A stretch of 50,543 nt of DNA, from positions 1 through 50,543 of the forward strand of contig NMRA01001137.1 in NCBI GenBank assembly GCA_002633005.1, in the 5' to 3' direction. Shown one piece after another: positions 1 through 12,770 of the stretch (position 1 is the first letter of the stretch; every line of letters begins with the position of its first letter). The notes beneath the pieces were generated by a model. That model ran no database searches. It had not been told where the DNA came from and saw only the letters and a program-made list of their open reading frames with translations. Source of the DNA: Phoronis australis (taxonomy: Eukaryota; Animalia; Phoronida). The position numbers were made by a program, and so were the translations under genes.

Positions 1-573
1 CCAGCCAACGATGTGATGCTTTTTTACTGCGTTGGGAATGAATTATCATTTCCTGGCTCAAGTATTCAGGAATGTTCGACCAGTTTTCTTTATCAATCTT
101 CGCTAGAAATGACTGTCGTTTCCGTCTTATAGCAGTTTTGGACTTTTGAGCTAGTTCCACTTTGAAGAATATCTTTGGTTTGTGGTCGCGAGACTCGCGT
201 ATATACAACTCTATTGACTCCAGTGACGAGAGAAAGAGCAAGCACATGTAAGAGTACTGCTCAAATTGCTCAAAGAGAACTTTCACCTTATCTACAGGAT
301 ATTCACGGGTACATAATTCTGAGTTGTTACTGGTTGTCCTCAACGGGAATCGAAATAAAGTGCCAGGATAGTAATTTTTTCTGACGAACGTCTTGTTGAA
401 AATGTGACCAAGGTTAGGGTCAGTGAACGGGGTGTAAAACCCTGATTGACCATCACCAATATCAGATAGATGCCAGCAAGCTCCTTTCATAGGACGATTT
501 CTGTCATCGTGGAAATACTTCTCATGTGGATCTAGAAGCCCAATCATGTTTCCACTAAGAACGCCAGGCAAGT
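1..573 (-). CDS. SACS: Sacsin-like gene A, exon 5 (partial, runs off window)
   Basis: AG acceptor at 575-574. Open frame DLPGVLSGNMIGLLDPHEKYF...YYPGTLFRFPLR...LLFLSSLESIEL...SHRWL matches sacsin repeat-1 motifs. Paralogous to 38419-37845. Confidence 0.92.
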
Positions 574-1043
574 CTACAAAAGAACATAAACACAAACTGG
601 TGTACGTTCAGTGACGTGGTTTGGACACGATAAAATAACCGTACGAGCCCATTTATTACATTAGCTATGCTGCACGATCACTTCACGCTCGAACATACAT
701 TTGAGCAATGGTGCCATCGATGAACAACTCCTAAGTTTTCACTGTAAAAGTTATCATTATTTTACATAACACCAAGATACATCACAGAGAAAATAACAGC
801 TAGCACTGTTACTCAATTTTGAAAACAGTTGACGAACTAAGGTTTAAGAAAGTATATCATCACTAAGGAGATAACCTCTTTCCTCTTTGCATGCGTAATG
901 ATTTTATATTATAATTGTGACTTAACGCAAAGCAACAATCTGTCGTAGTTCTGTTGACGACAGATTGCTTGAAATGTAATAATCCTTGCGTCATACAACC
1001 ACAGTTGTATGCAATACTACAATACGTACACAGACATACTTGC

Positions 1044-1122
1044 AGACAGACAGACAGACAGACAGTTAGACAGACAGACACACAGACACACAGGCAGACA
1101 GACACACGCACACACACACACG

Positions 1123-1161
<39 letters not shown>
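1044..1161. repeat. Compound microsatellite (CAGA)n(CA)n(TA)n
   Basis: Read directly. An equivalent repeat lies in gene B intron 4 at 38893-39018. Confidence 0.95.
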
Positions 1162-1284
1162 CCAGCACCGTTTGTAAGACTGTATGCAGGTTCAAAACTT
1201 ATCCGAGTGTATGCAATTTAATAGCCGTCCTAAGGGCCAGTTGGCAAACTTGCAAGTGGTCTATTGAATAAACTAGCAAAATAC

Positions 1285-1432
1285 CTGTCATATGAAAAAC
1301 GGATTTGAAGCCCAGTCCAAAACGACCCACTTTGATCGGGTCTTCTTTCTTGAAGCTGTCATAAATAGTTCGAATTCCCAACCAGTCTTCTTCACTAAAG
1401 GTAGCGTCGTTGAAGGCATAGAGTGCAGGTCC
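1285..1432 (-). CDS. SACS: Sacsin-like gene A, exon 4
   Basis: AG/GT flanked, 148 nt, phase 0 to 1. GPALYAFNDATFSEEDWLGIRTIYDSFKKEDPIKVGRFGLGFKSVFHMT contains the GHKL/HSP90-like GxxGxG motif. Confidence 0.93.
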
Positions 1433-2624
1433 CTATAGGAGACTTGGCTATAAAATGCTAGATTTACGTCGTGTTCACAGTCACCTTGATAATCCCGAAA
1501 CGTTATGCAATGTTTTTCCGTGTTCAAGTTTTTCAGATCTCGCTACGTTTTCTTGTGGTCTAACACAGTGTGCGTGACAGAATGTTAATTAATTAGGGAG
1601 TACGGATTTGGGCTTCAAGTTTTCGCCGCATATCTGCCTGCCACGGTTGCCGTTATATTCCCCCTCTCCGGCCCTTTACGTTCTGATGCGGCCTCACGTT
1701 TCTTATGTTCTGCCCAAGGTCTGACATACCGCACACGACGAAACGACAACCATACAGCTTAGCTTACCGTAAGAACCTTCATAAAACGGGGCAAATTGGT
1801 ACAAAACGTAAAGCAACCGTAACAAAACGCGCACGCGCGGTAGGCCGATACAAAAGGCGAACAAACTTTTTGAGACGAAACGCAATACATGCTTATACGT
1901 CCACTCCAAGTTTTTTTACGGTCCATCACGTACAGTCGCGTTTTGTTACCTAAATCCCATTTTACTGCAACCTACTAGGCTCTTCGTCATTACCGTGACT
2001 GCCGTGGCAATTTTGTGGCAGTTACGGTGGCCTCAAATGAGGTTGTCTTGGGTGCCGGAAACATAATGTAAGCCAATTATTAGCTTTAAATTTCAAAGAG
2101 AGTTTACTTATAACTTGGTGCTTGGTAAACAGGGCAGTCCTAATTCTCATTGCCTAGTGGTTACGTGACCATTGACGAGACAAAAAGCGAATACGAAAAC
2201 AGTTCCTCATTTCACGCGATCCCAGAAGTGCTCAGCGCGCTATAATGCAAACACAGTTTTTACAAACCATTGTGCTGCTAACAATCATGTCATAGATTGG
2301 GACAATACAAAAATCCTGGCCCATGACAATGCCAAGAAAACACGCTAGATTTAAAAGAGTCAACTGTAATGTTTAGGCCTGTGTGATGGTTTGAGGACAC
2401 ACATTAGATCCTGTAATAGCTTTTAAAGTAAAAATTATTTTTGAAAACTATCTCGAAATACTTGTCGAGACTGAAATTAAAATAGCCTCCAGGTGGTACA
2501 CAAGGAGACTAAAAGTCCACAAATCGCATTTGGAAATACAGGTATGGACGCCCAAAAGGAACGCCTGGCACAATGAATAACGTACAATATGACCGTAACA
2601 GGGTGACATGCACCTAATTTGCCG

Positions 2625-2702
2625 AAATGGTTCCAATGGGCCAAAATGACCCTATTGGGCCAAAACGACCCAATGGCCAAACTGACCGTAATGGGTCAAA
2701 AT
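2625..2702. repeat. Short degenerate GGGCCAAAATGACC-type repeats, shared with gene B intron (43750-43858)
   Basis: About 4-5 degenerate ~20-bp units at the same intron position in both paralogs, so they predate the duplication. Confidence 0.6.
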
Positions 2703-3609
2703 AGATGTCGAATTTGGTGGAGAAAATCATGCGTCCAAGGTCCCCAATTAATTTGCAAGTGCGACGATTAAGTGAAATGTGAGACAGGCATCAACAGAAA
2801 ACGAAGAAATACAGTCGAGTGAATGTCTTCATATATTGATTACAAAAATGGGGGCATGTGCGTACCTTCAGCTTTTGTCAGTGCTGTGAATCTCGCTGCC
2901 ACTGCAATACGATTGTCTCCCTGTGTAGCAAAACGCATTCAAATCCACGAATAAAGCGCGCTGCACCAAGAAAGGTACGATAAAAATATTAAAACGGGAA
3001 AACATCATTTTGGAAAGTAAGACGTGTTTCTTTTTCTCGTTAATCTTCTAGGGCGAGTTTACTTGAAGCAGTGGTAAGTGCTACAGTCCTCATAACAACA
3101 GTTGAACAACATAAGCCAATTGGAATCAGTTGAAGAGGAGCATAATGAAGAGGCCATGGTAAATAAAATGCCTGCGATCAAGTAACATCTTTTATGCGTC
3201 AGATGAAGTCAATTCTGATGGATTTTCTGGCGTTGGTAACATTCCAAACTCAGCTTTCAGGGGATTATCCGGGATTTGAGTTGGGGNTGTTATTATTCAT
3301 GGAGCTAATTATCTTGAAGTCAATCTGTTGTACAAGAGCTTGCAAGATTTATCACAAAAGTAAACGTAATAGACTTTTATGACTAAAGATCTCCAAATAA
3401 AAAGACTACATGAACGCAAAGCGTATTTCCAAGCTTCTATTCAAGTGTTGTATGACATTAGTTTATGTAATTATGTTCAGCTTTGTTTACTTGATAAAAT
3501 TTCAGGGCTCATTTTCACTTGAAGCATAGAACTGTAGAGTTCTCTGCTTTAAGATACAGTTAATTAATCAAAACATCTTCAGGATTTTAATTTTCTCCAC
3601 TCTGTTTAC

Positions 3610-3726
3610 CTGAAAGTGCACCAGCTCTGGATGAACCAAGTGTTCTGTATTTGCTGGATAAGTCGACTTGTCAAATAAGAACTTGATCGTCTTTGCTTTG
3701 GCATCCTCAGCATTTTGAATGAGTTC
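3610..3726 (-). CDS. SACS: Sacsin-like gene A, exon 3
   Basis: 117 nt, phase 0/0, AG/GT flanked. [39 protein letters not shown] contains the sacsin ELxQNAxDA motif. Confidence 0.93.
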
Positions 3727-4513
3727 CTGAGAAAACAATAAATGCACATAGAGCTCCATGATGCTTCTCATAACATTATGAGGATGACGATGTTATCATT
3801 TCTGTTACTGCAGGTGTTACAATGTGCAAACTTTGTGCTATGAAGTGTGTTTTGATGTCAACACTAATATATCCCTCTGCCACCAAGGCTTAGGAAACGT
3901 AGCCATGACGTCAGGCACAGAGACGGTTTGCTGCTAACAGTATGAATAATCATGGCAAATTGATTTATAGAATGATCAAATTGCGTGGAAACTTAACTTA
4001 TACGAGTTAAAACTTCCCCGTGACTGTTTCAACAACAATGCTCTTAAACCTTAACAGATTTGAACGGGGAACAAGATGAATTAATCTTTGAAGTAAAATA
4101 TCCATTCGCTATATGACCCTCTTCAGTCCAAAAACCCCTTACTACGGTACGCTGAGTCAGCAAGCGTGACTTACATTATGAAGCAGTTCGTCCTCCTAGA
4201 ACGTCAAGATCAATTTCGGGACGCAACAGTTTTGTGTCTCAAGAAGTTTAAATTATCATGTGCACTTCTCAGGGAAATCGGCGAAACCGAGTTTAGTATC
4301 CATTTAACTAAACTACATATTTGCGAAAATTATGAGCATCAGTACTAGTGCTCTGTTTAGTTGGAAGCTTCGGTTACTTTCTATTAGTTGAATAAAAAAA
4401 CTTGTAGCTTTTGATTGGTTCAATCTTTGTACTCAAAATCAAACTCGAAATTAATAGTTGCCTGTTCTATTATTTTGCGAACTCAAGATAAGTGTCTATT
4501 CTTCCATGCTCGA

Positions 4514-4514
<1 letters not shown>

Positions 4515-4561
<47 letters not shown>

Positions 4562-4562
4562 T
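4515..4562. repeat. (TA)n microsatellite
   Basis: Read directly. Confidence 0.95.
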
Positions 4563-5893
4563 TTATACTCTTGGCCACAGTAAAATTAAAAACCGGACAT
4601 GTTACATAAAACTTATTAGGATAACGCTGAGCAGACAATGGAAGTAGACGAGGATTCATCTGGGGTTCCACAAAGAGTGTGCTTCTTATTTCCATCCGAT
4701 AACTGACTAGTCTTATATGCTAGCACTGACTTGAACAAGTTATTTATTTGCTGATGACTCGTCAGTTTCTTATTTTTTACACGGAATTTGCCAGCAGTTT
4801 CCAGACGACCAGCTTGAGTGCTATCTAGACCAACTTTTCAATGTGTCAACTAATGGAGGAGGTGCTTTCAAACATCTAACTGATGTAATATAATTTATAA
4901 TTGGCTCCTCATACTATCCCGAAGCTACAATGGCCAGTTACCAGTGCTATCTGATATAGTTACTACCCGTTTTAACTTCTTAAAAGCAGTTTCACAAATA
5001 CGTCGGTGTTATTGTTGACAACACATCGGTTTTATTGTTGATAACAGACTGACTTTCAATACCCATTGTATCGAGCTCTTCAACAAAGTGCAAACACTCT
5101 CAAACCCTTTAAGACTTTTCCAAGAAAAGATCATACCGTCACCTTGAAGACAACTTCAATTTTCTCATTTCGTCACGCTTGTTACTATTATCTTTTCTAT
5201 TTCAATTTCTGCCCAATAAAGGGCCGTAAATCTTAAACAGTGGTTCGTTTGTATTGGATATCTGTTTCTGCTATCAGTAATTAACGTGTGCTTGTTGATA
5301 CTTACAAGGTCTTCCGTAATATGACAATCAATCTAATTTAGTTCTATTTAACATTTATAGCAAAATACAGATCCGATTGCTAATCGTCAACACTACATCG
5401 CATTCATTGGCGAATCTCCACGTATCCTTATGCATAAATGTGCCAATTGAAATTAAAATATCACGTATCTCATCTATGCAGATGAAATGTAATTGCCATT
5501 TGGCTTCGAATTAAAAAAATGTTTCAGAAAACAACTCAATTCACATCCTTCCATAGAGAAAAAATGATGATTTTCTTTCACAGTAACTCAACTCATTTCA
5601 TTTTCAAATTCCCCATCAACCATAACAAACTTACCGTGTTCACTTCCATGATTTCGAAACATCGAGTTCCTCCACGCGAACGGGTTGTATAAACGTCAAC
5701 CGCAAGCAGGTGCATATTACGGAGCGATAGAAATTTAAGTGAAGTCGTCTGCATATTTCAAAAATTAACTGAAGAATTTAATTCCTTAAGCTAAAAGTTT
5801 ATGAAATCAGTTTTATAACTTTAAATAATATGTTATAGCTGGCTTGACAAAAGGTGGGTTCACTGCAACTTAAGATAGATGGTAAGTTGGTAC

Positions 5894-5976
5894 CTTGAGT
5901 ATCTGGCCGTCGTCTGGATACTGGTCCAAAATTGATCTCATTTGTTGTATCAGGCTCGGCTGTATGATGTCAAAAT
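5894..5976 (-). CDS. SACS: Sacsin-like gene A, exon 2
   Basis: 83 nt, phase 1 to 0, AG/GT flanked. (N)FDIIQPSLIQQMRSILDQYPDDGQILK joins ELIQNAEDA, matching sacsin ...[22 protein letters not shown]. Too short for the ORF track. Confidence 0.9.
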
Positions 5977-6624
5977 CTGTAATGTTATAAAAGATCCACC
6001 ATACACTGAACTAAGACAGTGAGGTAGGCGTGACGTGTTCAGATAATAAGGGCCGACTAGAACATTGACCAACTACAAGACATCTTTGAGAAAGTAGTCG
6101 AATAATGCGACATGATTGGTGCAGTTCTGTTCTATGTTCTTTCCAACTGTTTAACACATCTTACATTTCATTGACTTTGAGTTAAAATTGAACATTTGTG
6201 GCATAAAGATTGAATCTGAAAGGTGTAGGATGACTAAAAACGAAAGTAAATGTTTGAATTGAATCTGAATTCTTATTTTTTTGGAAAGAATACAAAAGAT
6301 TGATGGAAAATAATTTGTATAGTTAAAAAATTGTAAAAAATACAATGAAAACTAAATGTTCCAAATTAGAAAAATCAACGTTTTTTCAGGATTGATTGAC
6401 ATTATTGTGTGTCACCTTGTTTCAATTGTCAAAAGAACTTGAAGCGCTCAACTCTTTAAGGTCACTAATTATTAATTGCGTGCCCGATCAAGAAAAGCAC
6501 AAACTAATACAAAACTTAAACTGATAAAACATTGACCGATTTCCAGCAGTTCTTAAACGAATATTTGTTTCCTCAGAAGTCGACATATGGATCTTTGTAT
6601 AACAGCCAGAGGCTATTTACTCAC

Positions 6625-6658
6625 TCTGCATGTTGCGGGACATCCCTAGGCCGGCCAT
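6625..6658 (-). CDS. SACS: Sacsin-like gene A, putative first coding exon (MAGLGMSRNMQ)
   Basis: ATG in gtcATGG context, 34 nt, ends in a GTGAGT donor. Phase 1 matches exon 2. No homology support for so short a peptide. Confidence 0.6.
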
Positions 6659-7310
6659 GACGTCTCTTTAATCGTGGTTAACGCGCGAGCATGGGATAGT
6701 TTGAGAAACTGGAACAAACTGAAATAAATGCAGAAATGTGAATTAAGTTGTGTAGTCTATTTCAGTCATGTATTTATTTAACTGAGTTTATATCAGTGAT
6801 TGAAGGTTGAGTAATTTCCATGGCTCGATTGAAAATCTGCAAGATTCAACGAAAATATTTATTTGGAAGAACATCCAGTAAAAAAACAAACACTGCTTTC
6901 AGTACCCTGCACCTGGCGGAAAAACGATCCCTGTATTAGAGTTAAGGTTCAACTGAAGACTCAAAGCGTCGTTTCCTTAATGTAAATAATTCCCAGATAT
7001 GCATTAACAGGTAAATCTTGAGTACAAATAAGTCTTACAAAAATCTACTTATCTATAAGACAAGTCCCGTAAGAGAAGATAAATGTTAGAAATAGTTTTG
7101 TGTAGCCTAAAATGTGATGTTTGATCAGTTTTAAAAAGGAACAGTACGTACACACATAGAAACACGTTGATAGATGACGTTTGACGTCACTTATGGCGTA
7201 CCCCTGTTAGAAAAAGTGTTTTATGTTGTTTTTCAGGTTCAGTTGAAGATTGAACGTCTTATCATGAATGCATTGAGGTGATATATAGGAATATAAATAG
7301 ATAAATATAT

Positions 7311-7326
7311 AAACACACACGCACAC

Positions 7327-7383
<57 letters not shown>
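7311..7383. repeat. (CA)n microsatellite
   Basis: Read directly. Confidence 0.95.
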
Positions 7384-7384
<1 letters not shown>

Positions 7385-7837
7385 TAACACGTAAATCTTC
7401 AGTACAAATACGTGTTTGTTTCAAAAGTTCACTTTTCGTCAAGACCGCTTATATCAATCATTCAAATTCACCTGAGTGAACACAAGAGGCCGCCGGTTCA
7501 CTATATTATAAATACATTTTATACATGCGTAGTCAGCCATTAAACATCCAACATTTCGGTTCAAATAATCATTGCTCTTTGCGAATGCACTGAAATGTTT
7601 TTTTAAAGTGTTTACTGCCCTCGAGTTTAAAAGAGACCTGACATTGTGTCCAACGTGACAACGTGACATGAACCTACTTTTAAACCTGTCAGGACTGGAC
7701 ACCGTACCACGAAATGCCCTTCTGTCTCTATCTGTCCTGTGTTGCAAATGTTGCGAATTCTTTCACATCGAGGAAGACCATTTGTTCTACCGTTTTGAAT
7801 TTCTGATATGTGCGTTGAACATCTAATGTTTGCTATC

Positions 7838-7845
7838 TGCTGCTA

Positions 7846-7885
<40 letters not shown>

Positions 7886-7931
7886 TGCTGTGCTGCTACT
7901 GCTTCTGCTGCTGCTGCTGCTCCTGCTGCTG
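7838..7931. repeat. (GCT)n trinucleotide microsatellite
   Basis: Read directly. Confidence 0.95.
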
Positions 7932-8878
7932 CGTCAGATCAACACATATACACATTCGCTTGACAACTCAGTAAAAGCCAATTTTATTATTGTAATTTTC
8001 ACAACAGAAAACCAGCCCTAGAAGTTAAAATCTCTCAGTCTTTGTTTGACTTCTGAAAAGAAAAACTGTTAATAATGAGATTTATGGCACTCTGACATAA
8101 ATCCTATTATTTGGGCAAATACCATTATAGAGCCCTTCATGCTTCATATCCAACTGCTGGTTAGTTCCTACCAAGTCCGATGGTTGCGCTGTTTGTTCTT
8201 TCTCTCCAGCTTCCTGTTGGCCCAGCCTCAAGCAACAGTACATTCACTCGTAAGTTTTCCTAATTAGACAAGTTTATAACTAGTAGACTCCTTCCCGTTG
8301 GTCGTTAATTGTCCTGGACAAACGATACTTCCCTTATTTATTATTTGTAGCCACAGATGGCTTTTCTAACGGCCGATTTCTTTCGATTTTAATGATCCCT
8401 CAAACCCAAACCAATTCCTCGCCATTTCACCACTTCCCTGGGTATAAGTGGGATATCGTGTGACAATCGCCGTCTGCTTTGGGGATGAGACCCGGCGGCG
8501 AGGTATAAAGGTTATCAACGGGGCTGGTAGGACAGGGGCTAGTCAACGCGTAGCCCCTCGGTTGGCCGGTTGGGGGCTAGAATACTTCTCCTCGCTTTCT
8601 GTACCATTTCGTCTGGCCAAATCCGGCCACTGATTTTGAGTTTAACCTCGTCAAAAATACATTCCACACTGAAAACTATCACTTAAAAAGCGGTTCATTT
8701 CTTCATGGATTCATTTATTTTACTTCTATACATATCTTCGATGAAGCTTAGTTATGAGATTGGGGTGATTTTGCCGAAGAATTTCAACTCCACTTTTTTG
8801 GTTCCCGTTGACTTTTTCACCGCGCGCGCCATAACCGAAAGTATGTCCACTGAGTCACGCGCGTTAGGCAAAGGCTAG

Positions 8879-8934
8879 CGCGTGACAGAGGGAAGCGCGT
8901 GACAGAGGGAAGCGCGTGACAATAGTGCGTGACA
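8879..8934. repeat. 17-bp tandem repeat GCGTGACAGAGGGAAGC (~3 copies)
   Basis: Read directly. Confidence 0.8.
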
Positions 8935-11206
8935 CTAGCTATTTTAAGCCTTGAACAAGGAGTGAAGCACAGTTGGGGTCTGGATACCCATGTAGAACGA
9001 GCTTGAATGCCAGCGGTTTGACAAGTGTGTGACCTCGGCTCCAGACGTACTTATGGTTTGGGTACATGGCGGATACTGGAATTACATAACACTGGAGTTG
9101 GTACTATTCCAACAGGACTGGAGGTATTATGGATGTAAACAGATGGGATTTACAATGGTTAAGACCTAGATGGGAATCTATCCCATATCGCCCTGAAGCC
9201 TGGTGCGGTAAAGCTCGAAAGTGCCGCGTCTAACACATGGAAGTGTCCTCATATAGCGCGCAACCACTTTGGTGGGTAAAATAATAGTAATGAAATTTAG
9301 GTACTAAGTAAAACAAAACAATAATAAAAAGTAATAATAAAAAAACAAAAAGTAATAATAATAAAAAATATTAACAAAAATAATAATAAAAAAGTCAAAA
9401 ATAATTATAATAATAATAAATAATAATAATAAAAAAAAACCCTTTGGATGTCACTGTTGACATTTTATTCGACTTTCCATGAAAGATACGGAGATACTGT
9501 ACTCACCCTTGGAAATGTTGTTTGTTAGGCCTTTTCAAGTACTTCGTCACCGGCCCTAACCCTACCATGTTTATCTACGCTTTTGATCGGCATACTTCCT
9601 TCTCAACAACACTTAAAAAAGATGTATACTTTACAGACGCACGAAAAAAAATCAATAAAAAAAAATTAAAAACCAACATGTAATACAACTAATAAACAAA
9701 CTAAAACGTACACTAAAACTTTCCTACAAATTAAATAAATAATAATTGAAAAATAAACTAATAAAATAAAAATAACAACAAAATGTGTTAAACATTTTAA
9801 AACACTCGTGTCAATTGCTATCACATAATACTTCACATTTCGTTCTCTCGGCATAATTTACACCTATTCCAACCGCGCTTAAGTTACGGTAATGCGTCAA
9901 CTTTTCTTTTCGTCTAGCATCGTGGTCGGGTATTTCCCACCAAGACGATTTTCGAATAGTCGGCTACTGTAGTGGCAGATAGGCGGACGTTACGATCGAT
10001 GAGATCACGTCTCACATGCCTGCTAAGTTGTCCACTGCCCAGGCGCGTATAGCTTAGTCGTACGAAATCTGCGCTCGAGTGCCTCCAGAGCGAGGGCATG
10101 ACCGGCTCTAGCTGTTTCTTTTAATTTTACGATTTTCGTATATACTAGTTCATTTCGGTGTAATTAGGTCTAAGCCAGTCACTCTAACAGTTGTCCTTAT
10201 CCGCGGAAGTAGGGTCGTTTTCATCTGCAACCCAGGATCCACTACACCCGGGCTATTAGTAGGCCTAAACAGTATCCATGTCACTGCGCCCAGTTTTTGA
10301 AAACGCGTCACTCACACTAGTGGGTTACATCTGCCCGTTAGGCGTATAAATCATATCAGATTACCGGTAATGTCTGACATATTTTAACACAAGATTTTTA
10401 ATTTACGATTTCAAAATCTTGTAACCTTTCATTTTGTTAACCTATATTGCACGCAACTGTGCCTAACCTACTTCCTAAAATTTTGTCACCAAAGCACACT
10501 GGGATCACACTAGCCCAAATTCAGTTGCAGCGCTCATTGACCCAGATTTCATGGTAATGGGCCAGCCTGTGGTTTCACTCTTATGTAATTACATAATAAC
10601 CTGTTGCATAGTGCTGATGACCTCGTGCCAGCAATGGAACTTTCTAGACTAAATTTTCATGATACCAGAACCCTAGGCTTAATTGCATTTCCTAACTAGT
10701 TGTGACCATCTTTTCCTTACATCGACAGCTTAAATGATATTTGTCCTTTTGAGTAGCTCTAGGATATTCGTTGAACACAATGATAGGGTGCTAGGCCTTT
10801 ACTGCCAATCATATTTTGTAGACCAAGTTGCTTCCTGATTTGTGTGCTTGATGTTGTCTATTTTATACGACTCGGGGTATCATTATTCCTGAGAGCCTGT
10901 TGCTCTCTCCTCTCTCGTATAGTTGTGTTGTGTAGGATTTTTATAGATATTTCATTTTTCTTAGACATATAGTAGACATGCAAGTTTCCGTATGAAGGTC
11001 TGTCTGTGGCCGATAGCTTGATACATGGTTTTAATTAATGATTTTTATCAATCGGTCAGTTTTCAACTTTAAAGCATCAGCAAATAAATAGGACTGTTTG
11101 AATAATGATTTTAGATCTGTTCATAATATTTATATGAAACGACATCTCCCATGCTGATGGTCTTTTACCTTTCCTGCACCATTACTTCTTTTCTAACTTA
11201 TACAAA

Positions 11207-11550
11207 AAAATAAAAACAAATCAAACTATTTAAAAAAACTAAATAACAAATATAAAAACTAAATAAAAATATAAATTTAAAAAAGTAAAATAATATTAAA
11301 AAATAAATAAATAAAATATTTCAAAATTTACATAAAATATTTAAAAAACACACAAATGAAAATATGAGAAATAAAAAATAAAAACAAATCAAACTATTTA
11401 AAAAATAACAAACATAAAAACTAAATAAAAAATATATATTTAAAAAAGTAAAATAATATTAAAAAATAAATAAAAAAATATTCTAAAATTTACATAAAAT
11501 ATTAAAAAAAAAATACAAATGAAAATATAAAAAAAAAACTAAATAAAAAT
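11207..11550. repeat. A-rich low-complexity tandem duplication (~170 bp x2)
   Basis: AAAATAAAAACAAATCAAACTATTTAAAAAA...AATTTACATAAAATAT...CAAATGAAAATAT occurs twice. Confidence 0.85.
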
Positions 11551-12510
11551 GTTTTATAAAAAGAAATCTACAATCTTTCTGTTCTCAGTACAATTTTGCA
11601 GCGAGTTTCCCTAATAGCACATGCTTCCGTGTGAGGTCACTCCCCAGCCATTGTCACAACGCTTACCTCTTCTGGTACGCAAGTTAATTGTTCCACCGCA
11701 ATACCAACACCTTCGCACATAGGAACCTGAATGTCAGTTCTCTTGGGCTGCCCTACCCTAGCTCATACACGTACATGATGCATTAGATTCGTAATAATTG
11801 GGGTACTAAAGTGTGCCCTAAACTGGCTGAATTTCGCTAGGATTTGCCGCGATATGAGTGAGGGTTAGTTGACCTTTGGGGGCGGCTTGGACCCGGGGAA
11901 AGCCCGGCCGGGAGTGTAGGGTGGTCCTGTCCCATGCGATGCTCGGGTGGGAACCACCGCAGGTCCTCCAGGTAGGTTTGTGCTTGCACCGTTATGTGGT
12001 GCAATTTCCCTTGTAGCTAAGGCATAGCAGTGTCTGCTAGGTGAGTGTGGTATGGGGTCAGTAGAGGTGCCTGTAATGTGCAGCAATCGCAACTTTCTCT
12101 CGGCGACCAGGGTGTGGCTGGGCTTCGAGCTTAGGGGGAGCGGTACTGTTCACCGTGAGGTATCCAATCTGTCCTCGTGTGCCGTGCCCCAAGTCTAACA
12201 TCGTGCCTGCATCCCGGAGGGCGGGGGGGGGGGGCAGCTTCCATGAATATGGAGTCAAATCCGGGGCTGGTATTAGTCCTTTTCTCATTGCTTGTGACTA
12301 CCTTTTTCTCCCATCCCCTGTCACTCCCCTACCAGGGTCACGGCCCCCACGTGAGTTGTGGCGGTGGACAGGATTGTTCATCCATGAACAACCCTGCCCA
12401 TGTGGCACATACTGAGCCACAACACCACGTTTCTTACAATATCTCTTTTTATCACTCCGGCTGGTCTGCTCACTCAGCTTGTCCGGAACCTGCTTTGCAG
12501 GTTGTTATAG

Positions 12511-12770
12511 CCCAGTTGGCTGTTTGGTGTACCCACTTGGTACTTTATATGATATTTGCCCATTTGGCAGTTTGTACCCACTTGGTACTTGTTATTGAAT
12601 TTGCCGCTTTGCTCGACCCAGTTGGTAGGCAATCGGCCAATACCCATTTGGTATTATGTACCCATTTGGTACTATGCTAACCTGTGCCACTTAGTATCCG
12701 ATACTCGGTTACACTTTGGGTATCGGAAATGTGTGTGTTATCTCTTGTAATTAAGGAACCCATCTGGTTC
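12511..12770. repeat. Cluster of ~8 (A)CCCANTTGGTA motifs
   Basis: Copies near 12511, 12531, 12558, 12577, 12617, 12642, 12660 and 12759. Confidence 0.75.

Noticed and set aside
863-1271. ORFs rich in VC/TH repeats
   Set aside because: Translations of the CA/TA microsatellite in intron 4.
7830-8021. Poly-Ala/poly-Leu ORF resembling a signal peptide
   Set aside because: (GCT)n microsatellite with a TTG start and no other coding evidence.
11865-12750. Overlapping ORFs up to 167 aa
   Set aside because: Expected in GC-rich and repetitive DNA. No recognisable domain.
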